Shown: piece by piece, positions 36,418 through 47,256 of the stretch | Layout of the letters: each line of letters begins with the position of its first letter | Numbering within the stretch: position 1 is the first letter of the stretch | Source: a virus | DNA: 64,000 bases | Direction: 5' to 3' (one strand) | Virus record (IMG/VR): IMGVR_UViG_3300037851_000431 | Span: 1-64,000 of that record | Program-made: the position numbers and the translations under genes | Notes under the pieces: generated by a model | Seen by the model: the letters and a program-made list of their open reading frames with translations, nothing else | Databases searched by the model: none | Told to the model about the DNA's origin: nothing

Positions 36418-37050
36418 ATGGACGAAAACAAACTAAAAAGGTTAAAGAACCTTAGGTTGTTTAGGGACTGGACACAGGAGCAGATTATTGCTTATATGGA
36501 GGAAAAGGAATCTAGACCCAAGGTTGAATCAACAATAGTAAGCGTTGAGACAGAAGGTAAAACATACGATAGACAGTTTCGAAAATTGCTTTCAGTCTTG
36601 AAAGAAGATTATAGCGTTGATATGAATGATTCTAACGACGCACAAGCACTAATGTCATTAGCGCGGCATCTTATTCAAGCAGAAAAAGCAGATCAAAGAA
36701 TTCGGGCAATTCAAGATAAAGCAACATTGTCTGATGATGATGTTAGGACACTTAAAAATCTAGGCGATTTTCAATCGGGTATTCAACGAACAGTAAATGA
36801 ATTACAGGCACAACTAGGAATATCTAGGAAAATAAGAAAGGAAAAACAAGCAGACGATATTCCTCAGTATATCGCTGCTCTACAAAAGAAAGCCAAAGAT
36901 TTTTGGGAAAGAAAAACAGTAGGTATAAAATGTGAAAACTGTATGATAGAATTAGCCCGCTACTGGATTAACTTTCCTGATTCAGCATATACGGTAAAGA
37001 TGGAGTTGGAATGTTGGAAATGCCAAGAGAAAATAGTATTCGTGAGATAA
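36418..37050 (+). CDS. putative terminase small subunit
   Basis: Helical protein with LGISRKIRK, directly upstream of and coupled to terL. Confidence 0.5.
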   Translation: MDENKLKRLKNLRLFRDWTQEQIIAYMEEKESRPKVESTIVSVETEGKTYDRQFRKLLSVLKEDYSVDMNDSNDAQALMSLARHLIQAEKADQRIRAIQDKATLSDDDVRTLKNLGDFQSGIQRTVNELQAQLGISRKIRKEKQADDIPQYIAALQKKAKDFWERKTVGIKCENCMIELARYWINFPDSAYTVKMELECWKCQEKIVFVR

Positions 37051-38672
37051 TGACTCCCGAAGAAATAGAAGAAGCAGAGTGGGGATTGGTACAGATCATT
37101 GCTCATCCTGTTCTATTTCGGGAGTTTATTAATGAATCGGATGAAAATTGGTCGCAATTAGAAAATCACGAAAGAGCTTGGTCTACTTGCACTTCTTCTT
37201 ATTTTGGTATGTGTTGTGGACGAGGCGTTAGAAAAACCACAGCAATGATTGAATTGCTTTATTGGTGGATGATAAACAACATGTTTGTGCCGGGTGATCC
37301 CGGCCTTTTTGTTGTGGTACCAAATAAAGCGCAGAAAGATGTTATTTTTTATAGGATACGATCAGCTTGTGAGAAGCACTGGCTTATTAAACACTTTGTA
37401 AGTCCTAATTCGATTAACCAAAACGAAGGTCGTATAGATTTTGTTAATGGATTCCAATTTATTCTTAGAATTGCTGGATCAGCAGGATCGGAATCCAACG
37501 TGATTTCTGTTCACACTTACAGGATATGGGTTGATGAAGCACAGGACTTCCCGTGGAGAACATGGCTCTCACTACAGAATGTTCTTAAGCGTGAAATACC
37601 CGGTTATCAATTAATTGTTTCAGGTGTTCCAAATGGGGAGCGCAGAGAAAATGTTTTATTTGAATGTGATCAAGTAGACGATAAGTATGTATCATTTAAT
37701 ATACCACAGACAATGATGAGTTGGTGGAATCCTGAAGTAGAATTTCAGAGAAGAAAAGAATACCATGCCGTACAAGAAGATAGTGAGGATTATAAGCACT
37801 ATGTTTTGGGTCAGCATGGAATGCCTACTTATTCTGTATTCGATAGAATACGATTCTTACAAGAAGATTTTGAGATTCCTAAGATAGTAGTAACGCAACG
37901 TATGTTTGATTCGTATGCAGAAAATGTGTGGGATGAAAAAGCAGAACAAACGAAGCGTGTGTATCATCCTGAAATGGTGTTAACTCCCTGTCCACCATTA
38001 CCTTTGGAGAATGGTGTCAAGCCACTAGTAGGATTAGGTTACGATGTGGGTTACTCTCCTGATCCGGCTGTATTCTTTATTATGTATCAGACAACTAATG
38101 GTACATGGAGAAATTTAGCCCGGTTTGTACTACAACGAGTAGAGTATGGTATACAGAGAGAAGCTTTTGTATATTTAGATAGAATATATCAATTTGACTT
38201 TTTAGGTATAGATATGGGTGGTCCCGGTAAAGTTCAATATCAAGATTTGGCCGGGGAAACTTCTGATTACGAACCACAGTATCATTATTCAGAAAGAATA
38301 TATCCTGTTGAATTTGGTGGTTGGATGGTTGTTGCTGCTCGTAATGATAAGGGCGAAATAATTGAAAAGAAAGATCAAACAAAAAGAGTAGCAGTTGAAA
38401 CAGTATCCCGATGGGTACACGAAAAGCGTTTTGTGTTCGCTAAGATGGATACTGATTTAATGGAAGAGCTAGAACGAACAAAATTTACACGTACAATAAC
38501 AGGTGAACCTGTTTATAAAACAGAGGACGATCATCAGATGGCGGCAATGATGTGCGCTATCATGGCATATGAACACCGTTTTGGTAAACCATTAATGTTT
38601 GCTAGATCGGAATTTAAACCTAGACTCCTTCCTGCGGGATGGTTAAATGTTAGTAAATATGGGGTAATGTAA
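37050..38672 (+). CDS. terL: Terminase large subunit
   Basis: Walker A CGRGVRKT, Walker B IWVDEAQD, SGVP, nuclease GYDVG / GIDMGG / DDH. ATG 37050 overlaps the upstream stop. Confidence 0.85.
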   Translation: MTPEEIEEAEWGLVQIIAHPVLFREFINESDENWSQLENHERAWSTCTSSYFGMCCGRGVRKTTAMIELLYWWMINNMFVPGDPGLFVVVPNKAQKDVIFYRIRSACEKHWLIKHFVSPNSINQNEGRIDFVNGFQFILRIAGSAGSESNVISVHTYRIWVDEAQDFPWRTWLSLQNVLKREIPGYQLIVSGVPNGERRENVLFECDQVDDKYVSFNIPQTMMSWWNPEVEFQRRKEYHAVQEDSEDYKHYVLGQHGMPTYSVFDRIRFLQEDFEIPKIVVTQRMFDSYAENVWDEKAEQTKRVYHPEMVLTPCPPLPLENGVKPLVGLGYDVGYSPDPAVFFIMYQTTNGTWRNLARFVLQRVEYGIQREAFVYLDRIYQFDFLGIDMGGPGKVQYQDLAGETSDYEPQYHYSERIYPVEFGGWMVVAARNDKGEIIEKKDQTKRVAVETVSRWVHEKRFVFAKMDTDLMEELERTKFTRTITGEPVYKTEDDHQMAAMMCAIMAYEHRFGKPLMFARSEFKPRLLPAGWLNVSKYGVM

Positions 38673-40391
38673 ATGACAGAAAAGGTACAATTGGCAAAAG
38701 CCTCCTCAGAGTATATAAAGACTGCTTTGTCTGACTCCGGTGGCTTCTATTTGCCTTCGCAATCTTGGGATTCTCTAAGTCAGAAATATGGATTAACCCC
38801 TGAAAAATTAACCGTACCCAAAAATTACCACAAAGTTTTAACTATGTGCTATGATTTTTATCAAAGGGGCGGGTTAGTAACAACGGTTATAAACAGATTA
38901 TCAGAATTTACAATTACCGAGATTCGAAACGGTCAAAGAAAAACGACAGACGAAGCTAATGCTTATTACAGTGCAGTGCTACATAGAAGCCCATCAAGAT
39001 TAATGCGGTATCTAAGATCGATTGCACTTGAATATTATCTATCAGGTTTGATAATACCCAATGTTACTTGGGAAGAGAAAACGGGAGCCGAGATTTCTCC
39101 TTCGCTTATAGCAGGGAAGAAGTATGTGGTTCCCGTATTTGATTATTATCCACCTATTTTAGTTCACATCGAGTGGGCTGGGTGGGGAAAGAAAAAGTAT
39201 TATCTTAAGGTATCAGATGAAGATAAAAGGATTATAAGGAATGCCAAAACAGTAAAAGAAGAACAAAAGAGAAGGCTGGAATTACTTGAACAGTATCCTC
39301 AGTACTTTAATGATGTTGCCAACGGTGCTGATATGGTAGAAATTAAAGAGGTTAATGCTATCTTAAGAAAGGAGATTTCATACTCTCCTTATCCCACACC
39401 ATACCTATTTAATGTATTAGAGGCTCTTATATTTAAGCAGCAACTTAGAAGAATGGATTTCTCTGTGGCCTCTAGAATTATTAATGCTATCCTACTTGTT
39501 CAAGAGGGTAGTGATATGTTCCCATTAACCGAAGAAACTAGAGAAAATCTAGATGAATTAAAAACTCAGATTTTAGCGCGCGCAAACAATCCTTTACAAT
39601 TAGAAAGGTTGTTCATGCTATTTTCAAACCATACAACAAAACTTACATGGGTAACGCCTGATGTAGCAGCCCTATTGGATCAAGATAAATATCGACAAAC
39701 CAATGAAGAAATTTATGATGCACTAGGATTTCCAAAGATTCTTATTACAGGAGAATCAAGCAATAGTAGTGGTGGGGATATTTCAACTTGGGCTATTCAG
39801 CCTCAGATGGAAGATTTAAGATCAAATTTGAAAGAATGGATAACAGATATCTATGAAGAGGCGGGGGACTTGAACAGATTTAGAAATATACCAGAACCTA
39901 ATTTTAAGCCAGTTAGGTTGGTAGACTTTGTAAAGAATGCCGCAATGTTCCAGCAAGGATTTACAGAAGGAAACATCTCAAGAACAACACGGTCAGAATC
40001 TCTTGGTACAGATTTCGAAACTGAAGTTGAATTAATGAAAGACGAAAGAAAATTAATGGAAGGCTTACCGGAGTTCCCTGCCATGCCTTATAGCGCCGTA
40101 GCGCCGCTTGTAGGCGGTCGTAGCGGAATGCCGGGGATACAGGGACCAAATAATGGGCGACCACTTGGAAGCCAAAATGTTCCTGTTAATAATAGAAACT
40201 CAGGTGTTAAACCTAAGGGTCAACAACCTGTTTCAAGGTTAAAGTCAGCAGCAGAAAATGAAATGGATTTATCTGACGAAGAAGTTATTAACTTAATCGA
40301 TAAGGTAGCAAAGGATCGAGGTATTATTGTAAACATGGAAATGTTTGCCAAAGTTGGAGAATTATTAGATGGCGAAGGAGAAACAATATAA
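38673..40391 (+). CDS. Portal protein
   Basis: Position after terL, size, IYDALGFPKILITG motif. Confidence 0.75.
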   Translation: MTEKVQLAKASSEYIKTALSDSGGFYLPSQSWDSLSQKYGLTPEKLTVPKNYHKVLTMCYDFYQRGGLVTTVINRLSEFTITEIRNGQRKTTDEANAYYSAVLHRSPSRLMRYLRSIALEYYLSGLIIPNVTWEEKTGAEISPSLIAGKKYVVPVFDYYPPILVHIEWAGWGKKKYYLKVSDEDKRIIRNAKTVKEEQKRRLELLEQYPQYFNDVANGADMVEIKEVNAILRKEISYSPYPTPYLFNVLEALIFKQQLRRMDFSVASRIINAILLVQEGSDMFPLTEETRENLDELKTQILARANNPLQLERLFMLFSNHTTKLTWVTPDVAALLDQDKYRQTNEEIYDALGFPKILITGESSNSSGGDISTWAIQPQMEDLRSNLKEWITDIYEEAGDLNRFRNIPEPNFKPVRLVDFVKNAAMFQQGFTEGNISRTTRSESLGTDFETEVELMKDERKLMEGLPEFPAMPYSAVAPLVGGRSGMPGIQGPNNGRPLGSQNVPVNNRNSGVKPKGQQPVSRLKSAAENEMDLSDEEVINLIDKVAKDRGIIVNMEMFAKVGELLDGEGETI

Positions 40392-40653
40392 GATAGTAGG
40401 AGTATTATGGGAAGATCATATTCAAGTAACACGTTCGGAAATTCCTAAAAATATAGAAACCGTCTTAAATAAACCTACTTTATCTATAGGGATATTGGCA
40501 AAGGAAACGGATAAATGTATAATGTTAATATCAGATATTGAGCGGTATATCGAATACGACGAGGGTAATTATATAATAATTTATAAGTCTTCTATAATAA
40601 ATATGAAGGAGTTTGGAGATATACCGCTTAGGATACGATTTACATCATCCTAA
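40369..40653 (+). CDS. hypothetical protein
   Basis: VLWED..SIGIL pattern typical of small phage beta proteins. Confidence 0.55.
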   Translation: MAKEKQYKIVGVLWEDHIQVTRSEIPKNIETVLNKPTLSIGILAKETDKCIMLISDIERYIEYDEGNYIIIYKSSIINMKEFGDIPLRIRFTSS

Positions 40654-40669
40654 AGGGCGGTGACACTAT

Positions 40670-40975
40670 TTGGAAACATTATTAGCGGCATTAGTTGGGG
40701 CAGGAGCAACAGTAATAGTTGCTTTGATAGGTGTAATTGGGGCTTATAAATTAAAGATTGGTGTAAATCAAGACCGTTTAATCGAAACTTTAAATTTTTT
40801 AATTCATGCACAAGAGAATAAAATAAAATTATTAGAGGATCAAGCTAAGATTTATGAATCTAAGATAGAAGAGTTAGTTAAAAAAGTTGACGAGTTGGAA
40901 CGAGTTGTTGTTTTACAGGCAGAAACCATAGAAAAACTTTCAAGAGAGGCGGATAATAAAAATATTTCGCCCTAA
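40670..40975 (+). CDS. N-terminal TM plus coiled-coil protein
   Basis: Hydrophobic N-terminus, heptad repeats. Confidence 0.55.
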   Translation: METLLAALVGAGATVIVALIGVIGAYKLKIGVNQDRLIETLNFLIHAQENKIKLLEDQAKIYESKIEELVKKVDELERVVVLQAETIEKLSREADNKNISP

Positions 40976-41018
40976 AATAATGATTTATGAACGATAAATT
41001 AAAGGGGGTGATCCCATA

Positions 41019-42107
41019 GTGAAGGAAGAAAAGACTCCAAAAATAGCGGTTTTTAATACAACAATCGCTGAAATATTCGAAGTCGAAAATGAGGGAGATT
41101 TTAAGCACCCTCTTTTAACAATTGCTAAATTTGTATTCGCTGATGATAAGGGTAACTCAAATAATCAGGGCATTAAGGCCGATGATTTTGATGAGGTTAT
41201 TAAAACGGCAATACACATGCCCGTCAAAATGCGCTATTTAGGCGCATCTGCTGGTGGCCACCAATCATCCGTACCCATTGGACATATTATAAAAATGGAT
41301 AAGGAAACACTTGCTGACTCTAGTAATAGGCTTGTGGCATCGGCTGTACTTTATTCCGAAGAATTTCATGATGAAGTAATGTTTCTAAAGGAAGCATTTA
41401 ATAAAGGTGAGGCACCCGGAATCTCTTATGAGATTATGTATGCTGATAGCGTGGAAGAGAATGGAATTCAATGGCTAAAGAAAATGATTACAAAGGCAGC
41501 AACTTTTGTTAGATCACCAGCATATGGAAATCGAACTGCTCTATTAGCCTTAGCTACTCGACAGGATATTGATAGCGAGGAATTTTTGACAGACTTTGTA
41601 ACAATGGCCCAAGATTGGGCGGGAGAAAGTCTATCGAAAAAGAGCAAGGAAGAAAATACCCAAGAAGAAGGAGGGAAACTAATGGAGGAAGAGCTAAAGC
41701 AGTTAAAGGCTGAAGCTGAAGGACTTAAAGAGCAAATTGAATCTTTGAAGAAAGAGAATGACGATCTTAAGGAAAAGCTTACAACCACAAACGCAGAACT
41801 AGCCAAATTAAATGAGGAAGCCTTGGCGGCAACAAGAGAAAAGAAGTATCTTGAAGCAGGATTTTCTCTAGAGTCAGATGCAGAGAAGGCAGCTAAAAAG
41901 CGGGCATTCTGGATTTCACTTTCAGAGGAAGCCTTTGAAGAATATATTGCTGATTTGAAAGCAGCAAAGGGCGCAACCAAAGCAGCGGAAGCCTCAACAA
42001 CTAAAAAGCCTGAATTACCAAAGTTAGCGGTTGCATCAGGAGATACACAGATAGAATATACAGTAGATAGCCTTAAGGCGGAATTACGGAACGCCGCTAG
42101 AGAATAA
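41019..42107 (+). CDS. Prohead protease-scaffold protein
   Basis: NxNxQG..H..PIG..ISYE..PAYG protease-like N-half with a charged coiled-coil C-half; upstream of capsid genes. Confidence 0.75.
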   Translation: MKEEKTPKIAVFNTTIAEIFEVENEGDFKHPLLTIAKFVFADDKGNSNNQGIKADDFDEVIKTAIHMPVKMRYLGASAGGHQSSVPIGHIIKMDKETLADSSNRLVASAVLYSEEFHDEVMFLKEAFNKGEAPGISYEIMYADSVEENGIQWLKKMITKAATFVRSPAYGNRTALLALATRQDIDSEEFLTDFVTMAQDWAGESLSKKSKEENTQEEGGKLMEEELKQLKAEAEGLKEQIESLKKENDDLKEKLTTTNAELAKLNEEALAATREKKYLEAGFSLESDAEKAAKKRAFWISLSEEAFEEYIADLKAAKGATKAAEASTTKKPELPKLAVASGDTQIEYTVDSLKAELRNAARE

Positions 42108-42133
42108 GGTAAATAAGGAGGTAAGAGGATAAC

Positions 42134-42787
42134 ATGGCGGATTTTTACACACAGAATCCCGTTAAGCCGTTGTTCATCGTCAATAAATATGACGATATTG
42201 ACGGTGGTAGGGTTGCGCAGGAAACTCCAAGAGGAAGATTTGCTTTCCGAGATGCGGCAACAAATAAGTTGACGCTTCCTAGAACATTAACAGAAGCAAA
42301 GTTAGCGGTCTATCCTGTTGATTGGGCAAAACCTCTCAATCCCGGCCCATATTTCTTGAATGGAAATGGACTTAACGGTACAACACTTTATCCATTTAAT
42401 GACGGAAGTTTGAACGAGCAGGAAAATGATTTCTCGCTTGATCCAGACCTACTTTTTTCAACACCCTGGCCAGCGGCAGTTGGACCAACATATGAAATTC
42501 CACCGGCTCTTTATAACCAGCCGATTCCTTCAGGAGCAATGTGCTTAGTTTATGATGGTGAAGCCACCTTCACATTCGGATCAGGTGCTTATGTAGGACA
42601 GAAGGAAGACTATTCTTACGGCAGTAAAGTATATGTTGACTATACCACAGGAAACGAAGGTAAGTTAACTGTATCTGGTGCAGTCGCAGGAAATACAGTT
42701 GTTGGAGTTGTTGTTAACAAGTTGCTATTTGGCGACCCCGGTAACGACACAATCACAGTCAAGATCAAGGGCACACCAGCTCTATAG
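42134..42787 (+). CDS. putative head decoration protein
   Basis: Between scaffold and MCP; GKLT..VVGVV C-terminus. Confidence 0.6.
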   Translation: MADFYTQNPVKPLFIVNKYDDIDGGRVAQETPRGRFAFRDAATNKLTLPRTLTEAKLAVYPVDWAKPLNPGPYFLNGNGLNGTTLYPFNDGSLNEQENDFSLDPDLLFSTPWPAAVGPTYEIPPALYNQPIPSGAMCLVYDGEATFTFGSGAYVGQKEDYSYGSKVYVDYTTGNEGKLTVSGAVAGNTVVGVVVNKLLFGDPGNDTITVKIKGTPAL

Positions 42788-42805
42788 GAAGGAGGGAATT
42801 GACGA

Positions 42806-43810
42806 ATGAAGGAGCTTACTAAAGAGCAGAGATTAGCCCTTGCAGAATTGGCTAAAACAGATAGACGAGCATTTGCTGAAGTTATTACTGAGTATGTTGA
42901 TCCAGTGTTTCTAACACTAGATATCGCAGGAGCATTTATGGGTACTCGGGAAATGAAATTCGGTGATATACTTGTTAAAAGATTTAAGGGTAAGTACCAT
43001 GTCCAGCAGATCGTACCCGGTCAGATCACATTAGGTGAACAGATCGTTGTACGAGACAAGGCAATGAGTATTAACCTTGATATCCTTTCTGCAAAGGCAG
43101 CTTATAATACACTAGAATTAGAACATGGTGGACCAGCATTTAGACCAGAAGTAGTACGAAGTGATGTTCGAAAGGCATTAGAAGAAAGAATTCTTATGCG
43201 CACATGGAATGCACTAGGAAATATCTGGACAGCAGGAAATGCATCCGCATTGACTTTAACAGGTTCAGCATCTTCGAATTTCATTGATGCCTCAGGCGCA
43301 CTTACGGAATCAGTACTTGATACCGCAATTGACCATACAAATTTCTGGTCAGGAAGCGTAAAGGCAATCATTGGAACAGAACAGGCACTAGCGCCACTTT
43401 CTACATTTGGACAGTATAAGCTAGTACAGCAGACATTAACAGGCCCAGCATATACTGGACACCTTCTAAAGAAAGAGGGGCAGGAAGGTATGTGGGATAA
43501 CCGTTCTCCATATGGAGATGGCCCAAAGCCTGTTGAATCATATCGAGGCGTAAATAATATCATTAGAATCAAGCAGATTTTTGATGAGACAGAATATCCT
43601 CCAAAGCCACTTCTACCGACAGACTTTGTGCTGGTAGTGGGAGATAACATCGGAGAATTCATTACTTACGGTGGACCTCAGACCAAGGAATTTATTGATA
43701 ACGAGCCAACTCCTCCATACTGGAACTTCGAAGTTTGGGTACAGTTTGGTATGATGATCTGGAATGCCCGTGGGCTAACCAAGATCAAGGTTACATCAAC
43801 AACACCATAA
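42806..43810 (+). CDS. Major capsid protein
   Basis: 334 aa, strong RBS, expected position, followed by a terminator-like hairpin. Confidence 0.75.
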   Translation: MKELTKEQRLALAELAKTDRRAFAEVITEYVDPVFLTLDIAGAFMGTREMKFGDILVKRFKGKYHVQQIVPGQITLGEQIVVRDKAMSINLDILSAKAAYNTLELEHGGPAFRPEVVRSDVRKALEERILMRTWNALGNIWTAGNASALTLTGSASSNFIDASGALTESVLDTAIDHTNFWSGSVKAIIGTEQALAPLSTFGQYKLVQQTLTGPAYTGHLLKKEGQEGMWDNRSPYGDGPKPVESYRGVNNIIRIKQIFDETEYPPKPLLPTDFVLVVGDNIGEFITYGGPQTKEFIDNEPTPPYWNFEVWVQFGMMIWNARGLTKIKVTSTTP

Positions 43811-43850
43811 TATTCGCCCATAGGTAACTATGGTTGAGTGTTAGTAATAA

Positions 43851-43897
43851 GGGGCCATCGGTCATATCACAATGGCCGGTGGCCCACTTATTTTATT
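43851..43897 (+). terminator. terminator-like hairpin after MCP
   Basis: GGGCCATCGGTCAT/ATGGCCGGTGGCCC plus T-rich tail. Confidence 0.65.
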
Positions 43898-43924
43898 AGG
43901 AAAAGGAACAGGAGGATTATTACA

Positions 43925-44350
43925 ATGGAACAAGAGGAAATAGTATTTTATCAGAAAACAACAAAATATCCTATAGGTGTAAAAGAAAGTCTTAAGGATG
44001 TTCGGGGAACAGTACTTAATGAAGAACAACCCTATGTAGGAGTTAAAAAGTCTTTATTAAGAGATTTTGTTCTTGCAAATCGATATGCTATTAGTAACGG
44101 GTTACTTATGGAAATTCCTGAACCCCCCTTAGAGATTATAACTCCTAATGCATATACCGACGATGAGCTTAAGGTATTACTTAAAAATTATATACAGTTA
44201 AAGAAAAAATTACCGGAAATAACTTCTGATTCTTTGCTATATAGAATGCTAGGTATCGCAAAAGAAGAGAATCGTCCACCTAAAACAATTCAATTAATCC
44301 AAGATCGTTTGGAAGAAATATCGCCTGTTGTTATGAGGGGTGTGGAATAA
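43925..44350 (+). CDS. hypothetical head-associated protein
   Basis: ATG 43925 after AGGAGG. Confidence 0.6.
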   Translation: MEQEEIVFYQKTTKYPIGVKESLKDVRGTVLNEEQPYVGVKKSLLRDFVLANRYAISNGLLMEIPEPPLEIITPNAYTDDELKVLLKNYIQLKKKLPEITSDSLLYRMLGIAKEENRPPKTIQLIQDRLEEISPVVMRGVE

Positions 44351-44351
44351 A

Positions 44352-44810
44352 ATGAATTTACTCGATCTAGTCCCGACGTTTAAACGTCATATAGGAGTTT
44401 ACTTAGCTGAAGAGGACACTGATTCAAGGCTTACGGGTTATTTAGCGGACGGGATCGAGGCTTTATCCTTTCGATGGTCACGAACCTATGTAGTAACACA
44501 GGTCGGTCCAGAGTCTTTTTCAGTAACACCTGATATAGCATCTAAAGATAAAAGACCCATTATATTAATGTCGTCCATAATCTACAAATTAGCATCCTTG
44601 CAACTAGCAAGTTTTACAGATCAGGATTTCTCCTATGATCCACAGCAGGGTAGACAGAATCCAATTCAATTAGATATTGAAGAGTTGGCCAGATTTCTTC
44701 CTATCTATAGACTAGCGAAACCAGCTACCGCACCTATGCGTGGATTTAATAATGTATATAATCCTGAATCGTATCAGTATATGGATTGGTTAAATACAAT
44801 TTGGCCATAA
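44352..44810 (+). CDS. putative head-tail adaptor
   Basis: Position; helical N-half and SFTDQDFSYD strand. Confidence 0.55.
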   Translation: MNLLDLVPTFKRHIGVYLAEEDTDSRLTGYLADGIEALSFRWSRTYVVTQVGPESFSVTPDIASKDKRPIILMSSIIYKLASLQLASFTDQDFSYDPQQGRQNPIQLDIEELARFLPIYRLAKPATAPMRGFNNVYNPESYQYMDWLNTIWP

Positions 44811-44824
44811 TAAAGAGGTAAGGA

Positions 44825-45493
44825 ATGGAAAGGAATGATACCGTAGTACTTGTAGCTACCTATTTTGGAAACAGTATGACTACTCAATGTATTGGTAGCA
44901 TACTTAATACTGTTACCCAGCCAAAAATTCTTACATATAAAAATGATGAGGGTTGGGTAAAAGCGTGCAATCGCATGATAGATTTAGTACCAAATGCAGA
45001 TGTTATTCTGTTAAATGATGACACATATCTTTTAACTGATATTGTAAAAGAAATGTCGGAAGTTGCTTACTCTGACTCTACAATAGGTATTGTGGGAGCA
45101 AAAGCACTATCAGCAGCAGATAAAGTGACCATTATTAATTATGGAATTTATGTAGCACCTGATGGTAATACAGCACACAGATATTACGGAAAAAGGGATG
45201 AGGAAGTAGATGAAGTTATAACCCAACAGGCTGTGGAAGGCAGTTGTATGTTTATCAAACGAAAGCTTATCGATAAGATGGGAGTTTTCGATGAGGGCTT
45301 TGGAATGGGTTATAGAGCCGAGGTAGACTACTGTTTTAATGCTAGACTATCAGGCTATAAAGTAGTATCAGCACCCAATGCAAAATACCTACACTTTACT
45401 TCTCAAACTGCGGGAAGATTAGGCATTCAAAACGATACTCACGAATATTTCATGAAGCGATGGGCTACACCGTTAGCTCTAGGGAAAGTATAA
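44825..45493 (+). CDS. Glycosyltransferase family 2
   Basis: VILLNDD, GIVGAK, GSCMFIKR, GVFDEGF, EVDYC. Confidence 0.88.
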   Translation: MERNDTVVLVATYFGNSMTTQCIGSILNTVTQPKILTYKNDEGWVKACNRMIDLVPNADVILLNDDTYLLTDIVKEMSEVAYSDSTIGIVGAKALSAADKVTIINYGIYVAPDGNTAHRYYGKRDEEVDEVITQQAVEGSCMFIKRKLIDKMGVFDEGFGMGYRAEVDYCFNARLSGYKVVSAPNAKYLHFTSQTAGRLGIQNDTHEYFMKRWATPLALGKV

Positions 45494-45505
45494 GGAGAAG
45501 GAAAA

Positions 45506-46486
45506 ATGGCACAAAGAGCAGTAGGCGAAATGGCCATATTTTATGGAGATAAACCAAATAATGGGATGTACGATAATGGTGTTTGGATGCACCTACTTGA
45601 CATTCCTTATTTACAGAAAATAGAGGAAGCTTCGCTATATAAAGTTATTATCAGAACTTTATGGTTAGAGGCTATTGGATGGTCGAGAGAAATACGAAAC
45701 AGGTATCCCGATGTTATTCAAATCGGGTTATCCGATCATCCTCTTTCTACACATATAAGCAAATTACCCGCTAATAAACAGCATGATTACATCTCTGATT
45801 TACAATATTTAGATGGAATAATGGCTCTCACTGAAGAGGAACGCCAATGGTATCAAATTGCTGCACCATCAAAACCTGTAATACATGCTGGCCTTCCGTT
45901 TCCTTTCGAATCATATGAGGAGAAATATGGAAAGTTTAGATCAAATGAAAAACAATGGATAGGTCTAGGTGTCGGGGCATCTGATAATGACCGAAATTTT
46001 GTGAGTAATGTTTTAGCATTTCGTTACTTAAAATTGAATAATCCAGATTTAAAAGGTGTATTTCTATCGATTCCTCACCAGCTTATTATGCAAACATCAT
46101 ATTGGGCTGACCAGATTGAGGGCATTTATATCCATGAAAGGACAAAAATGGATGAATACTTGGAGATTCTTTCTAATTGCAAGTTTGTTCTCAATCTTGC
46201 TGACAGAAATACACCGGGTCGAATTCAGGGGGAAGCCGCGTTTTTAAATGTGCCCGTCATAGGCTCAAACCGACTGGAATTACAGCGGGAGTTGTTTCCC
46301 GATTTGGCTGTTATGCCATATGAATTAGAAAAGGTAGTAGAGTTAGGTCAATACCTACTTGATAAGCCTGACGAGGCCACGCGGCTAGGAAAGCAAGCGC
46401 ACGAATCCCTAAAGAATTACGATTATGAACATAGTAAGATGCGGTTTAATCAACTACTAGAGGAAATTAAAAAGAGGCGATCTTAA
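45506..46486 (+). CDS. GT-B fold glycosyltransferase-like protein
   Basis: YLEILSNCKFV..TPGRIQGEAAFLNVPVIGS C-domain. Confidence 0.7.
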   Translation: MAQRAVGEMAIFYGDKPNNGMYDNGVWMHLLDIPYLQKIEEASLYKVIIRTLWLEAIGWSREIRNRYPDVIQIGLSDHPLSTHISKLPANKQHDYISDLQYLDGIMALTEEERQWYQIAAPSKPVIHAGLPFPFESYEEKYGKFRSNEKQWIGLGVGASDNDRNFVSNVLAFRYLKLNNPDLKGVFLSIPHQLIMQTSYWADQIEGIYIHERTKMDEYLEILSNCKFVLNLADRNTPGRIQGEAAFLNVPVIGSNRLELQRELFPDLAVMPYELEKVVELGQYLLDKPDEATRLGKQAHESLKNYDYEHSKMRFNQLLEEIKKRRS

Positions 46487-46962
46487 TGCCGGAAATTATC
46501 CAAGTAAATAGAGCATGGATTAAACGCCAGATTGATTCTGCGCGACAAAGTATTGGAAGGTACGTAACATTTTATGTTCCTACTAGAACAGCTTGTTCTC
46601 TTTGTCTTGCTAGTGGTTGGTATGACACACAAAATGATACAACCTATTATACAACATGCCCTATATGCCAAGGTGGTTATTGGATAACGGGTTATGATGA
46701 GCATGAGATTTTAGGAAGAATACATTGGGTATCTGATGAAGCTATAACAGCAACTCCGGGGGGAAAATACTACATCGGAGAAGCAACTGTTACCATAGAG
46801 AATAAGTATCTTTCTATAGCACAGGCAGCACAAACCGACAAGGGTAAAGTTATAGTAGATAATCATGAGATGACTATAACGAAAATAATCCCTTATGGTG
46901 CGCCAGAAATAACAAGGTATAGGGTTATATTAAGAAACGCAGGAGAAAAACCTAGCACATAA
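46486..46962 (+). CDS. putative head closure protein
   Basis: CSLC..CPICQGG, beta-rich, expected position. Confidence 0.5.
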   Translation: MPEIIQVNRAWIKRQIDSARQSIGRYVTFYVPTRTACSLCLASGWYDTQNDTTYYTTCPICQGGYWITGYDEHEILGRIHWVSDEAITATPGGKYYIGEATVTIENKYLSIAQAAQTDKGKVIVDNHEMTITKIIPYGAPEITRYRVILRNAGEKPST

Positions 46963-46976
46963 AGGAGTGGAAAGGA

Positions 46977-47255
46977 ATGGATAAAATTTTATTTAGTCCT
47001 AATGTGGTTGTATGCCCTCATTGTGAGAAAGAATTTACGTATAATAAAGTCAATGGGATTGCGCTAATAGAAGCTGCACAAAATATTGAATCTAGAAAAC
47101 GTATGTATCTTAGATTAACTTTAGACAATCTTGAAAGACTATCGCGTGAGAATAAGATGGAATTTGCGGCAGTTAAAAAGACTGTCTTGGATAATATAAA
47201 TGATTTAGTTAGAGATATACACACGATATTGGGGTTTGGTAGCGAGGCTGAGTAA
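46977..47255 (+). CDS. hypothetical protein
   Basis: CPHC; RBS present. Confidence 0.55.
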   Translation: MDKILFSPNVVVCPHCEKEFTYNKVNGIALIEAAQNIESRKRMYLRLTLDNLERLSRENKMEFAAVKKTVLDNINDLVRDIHTILGFGSEAE

Positions 47256-47256
47256 T

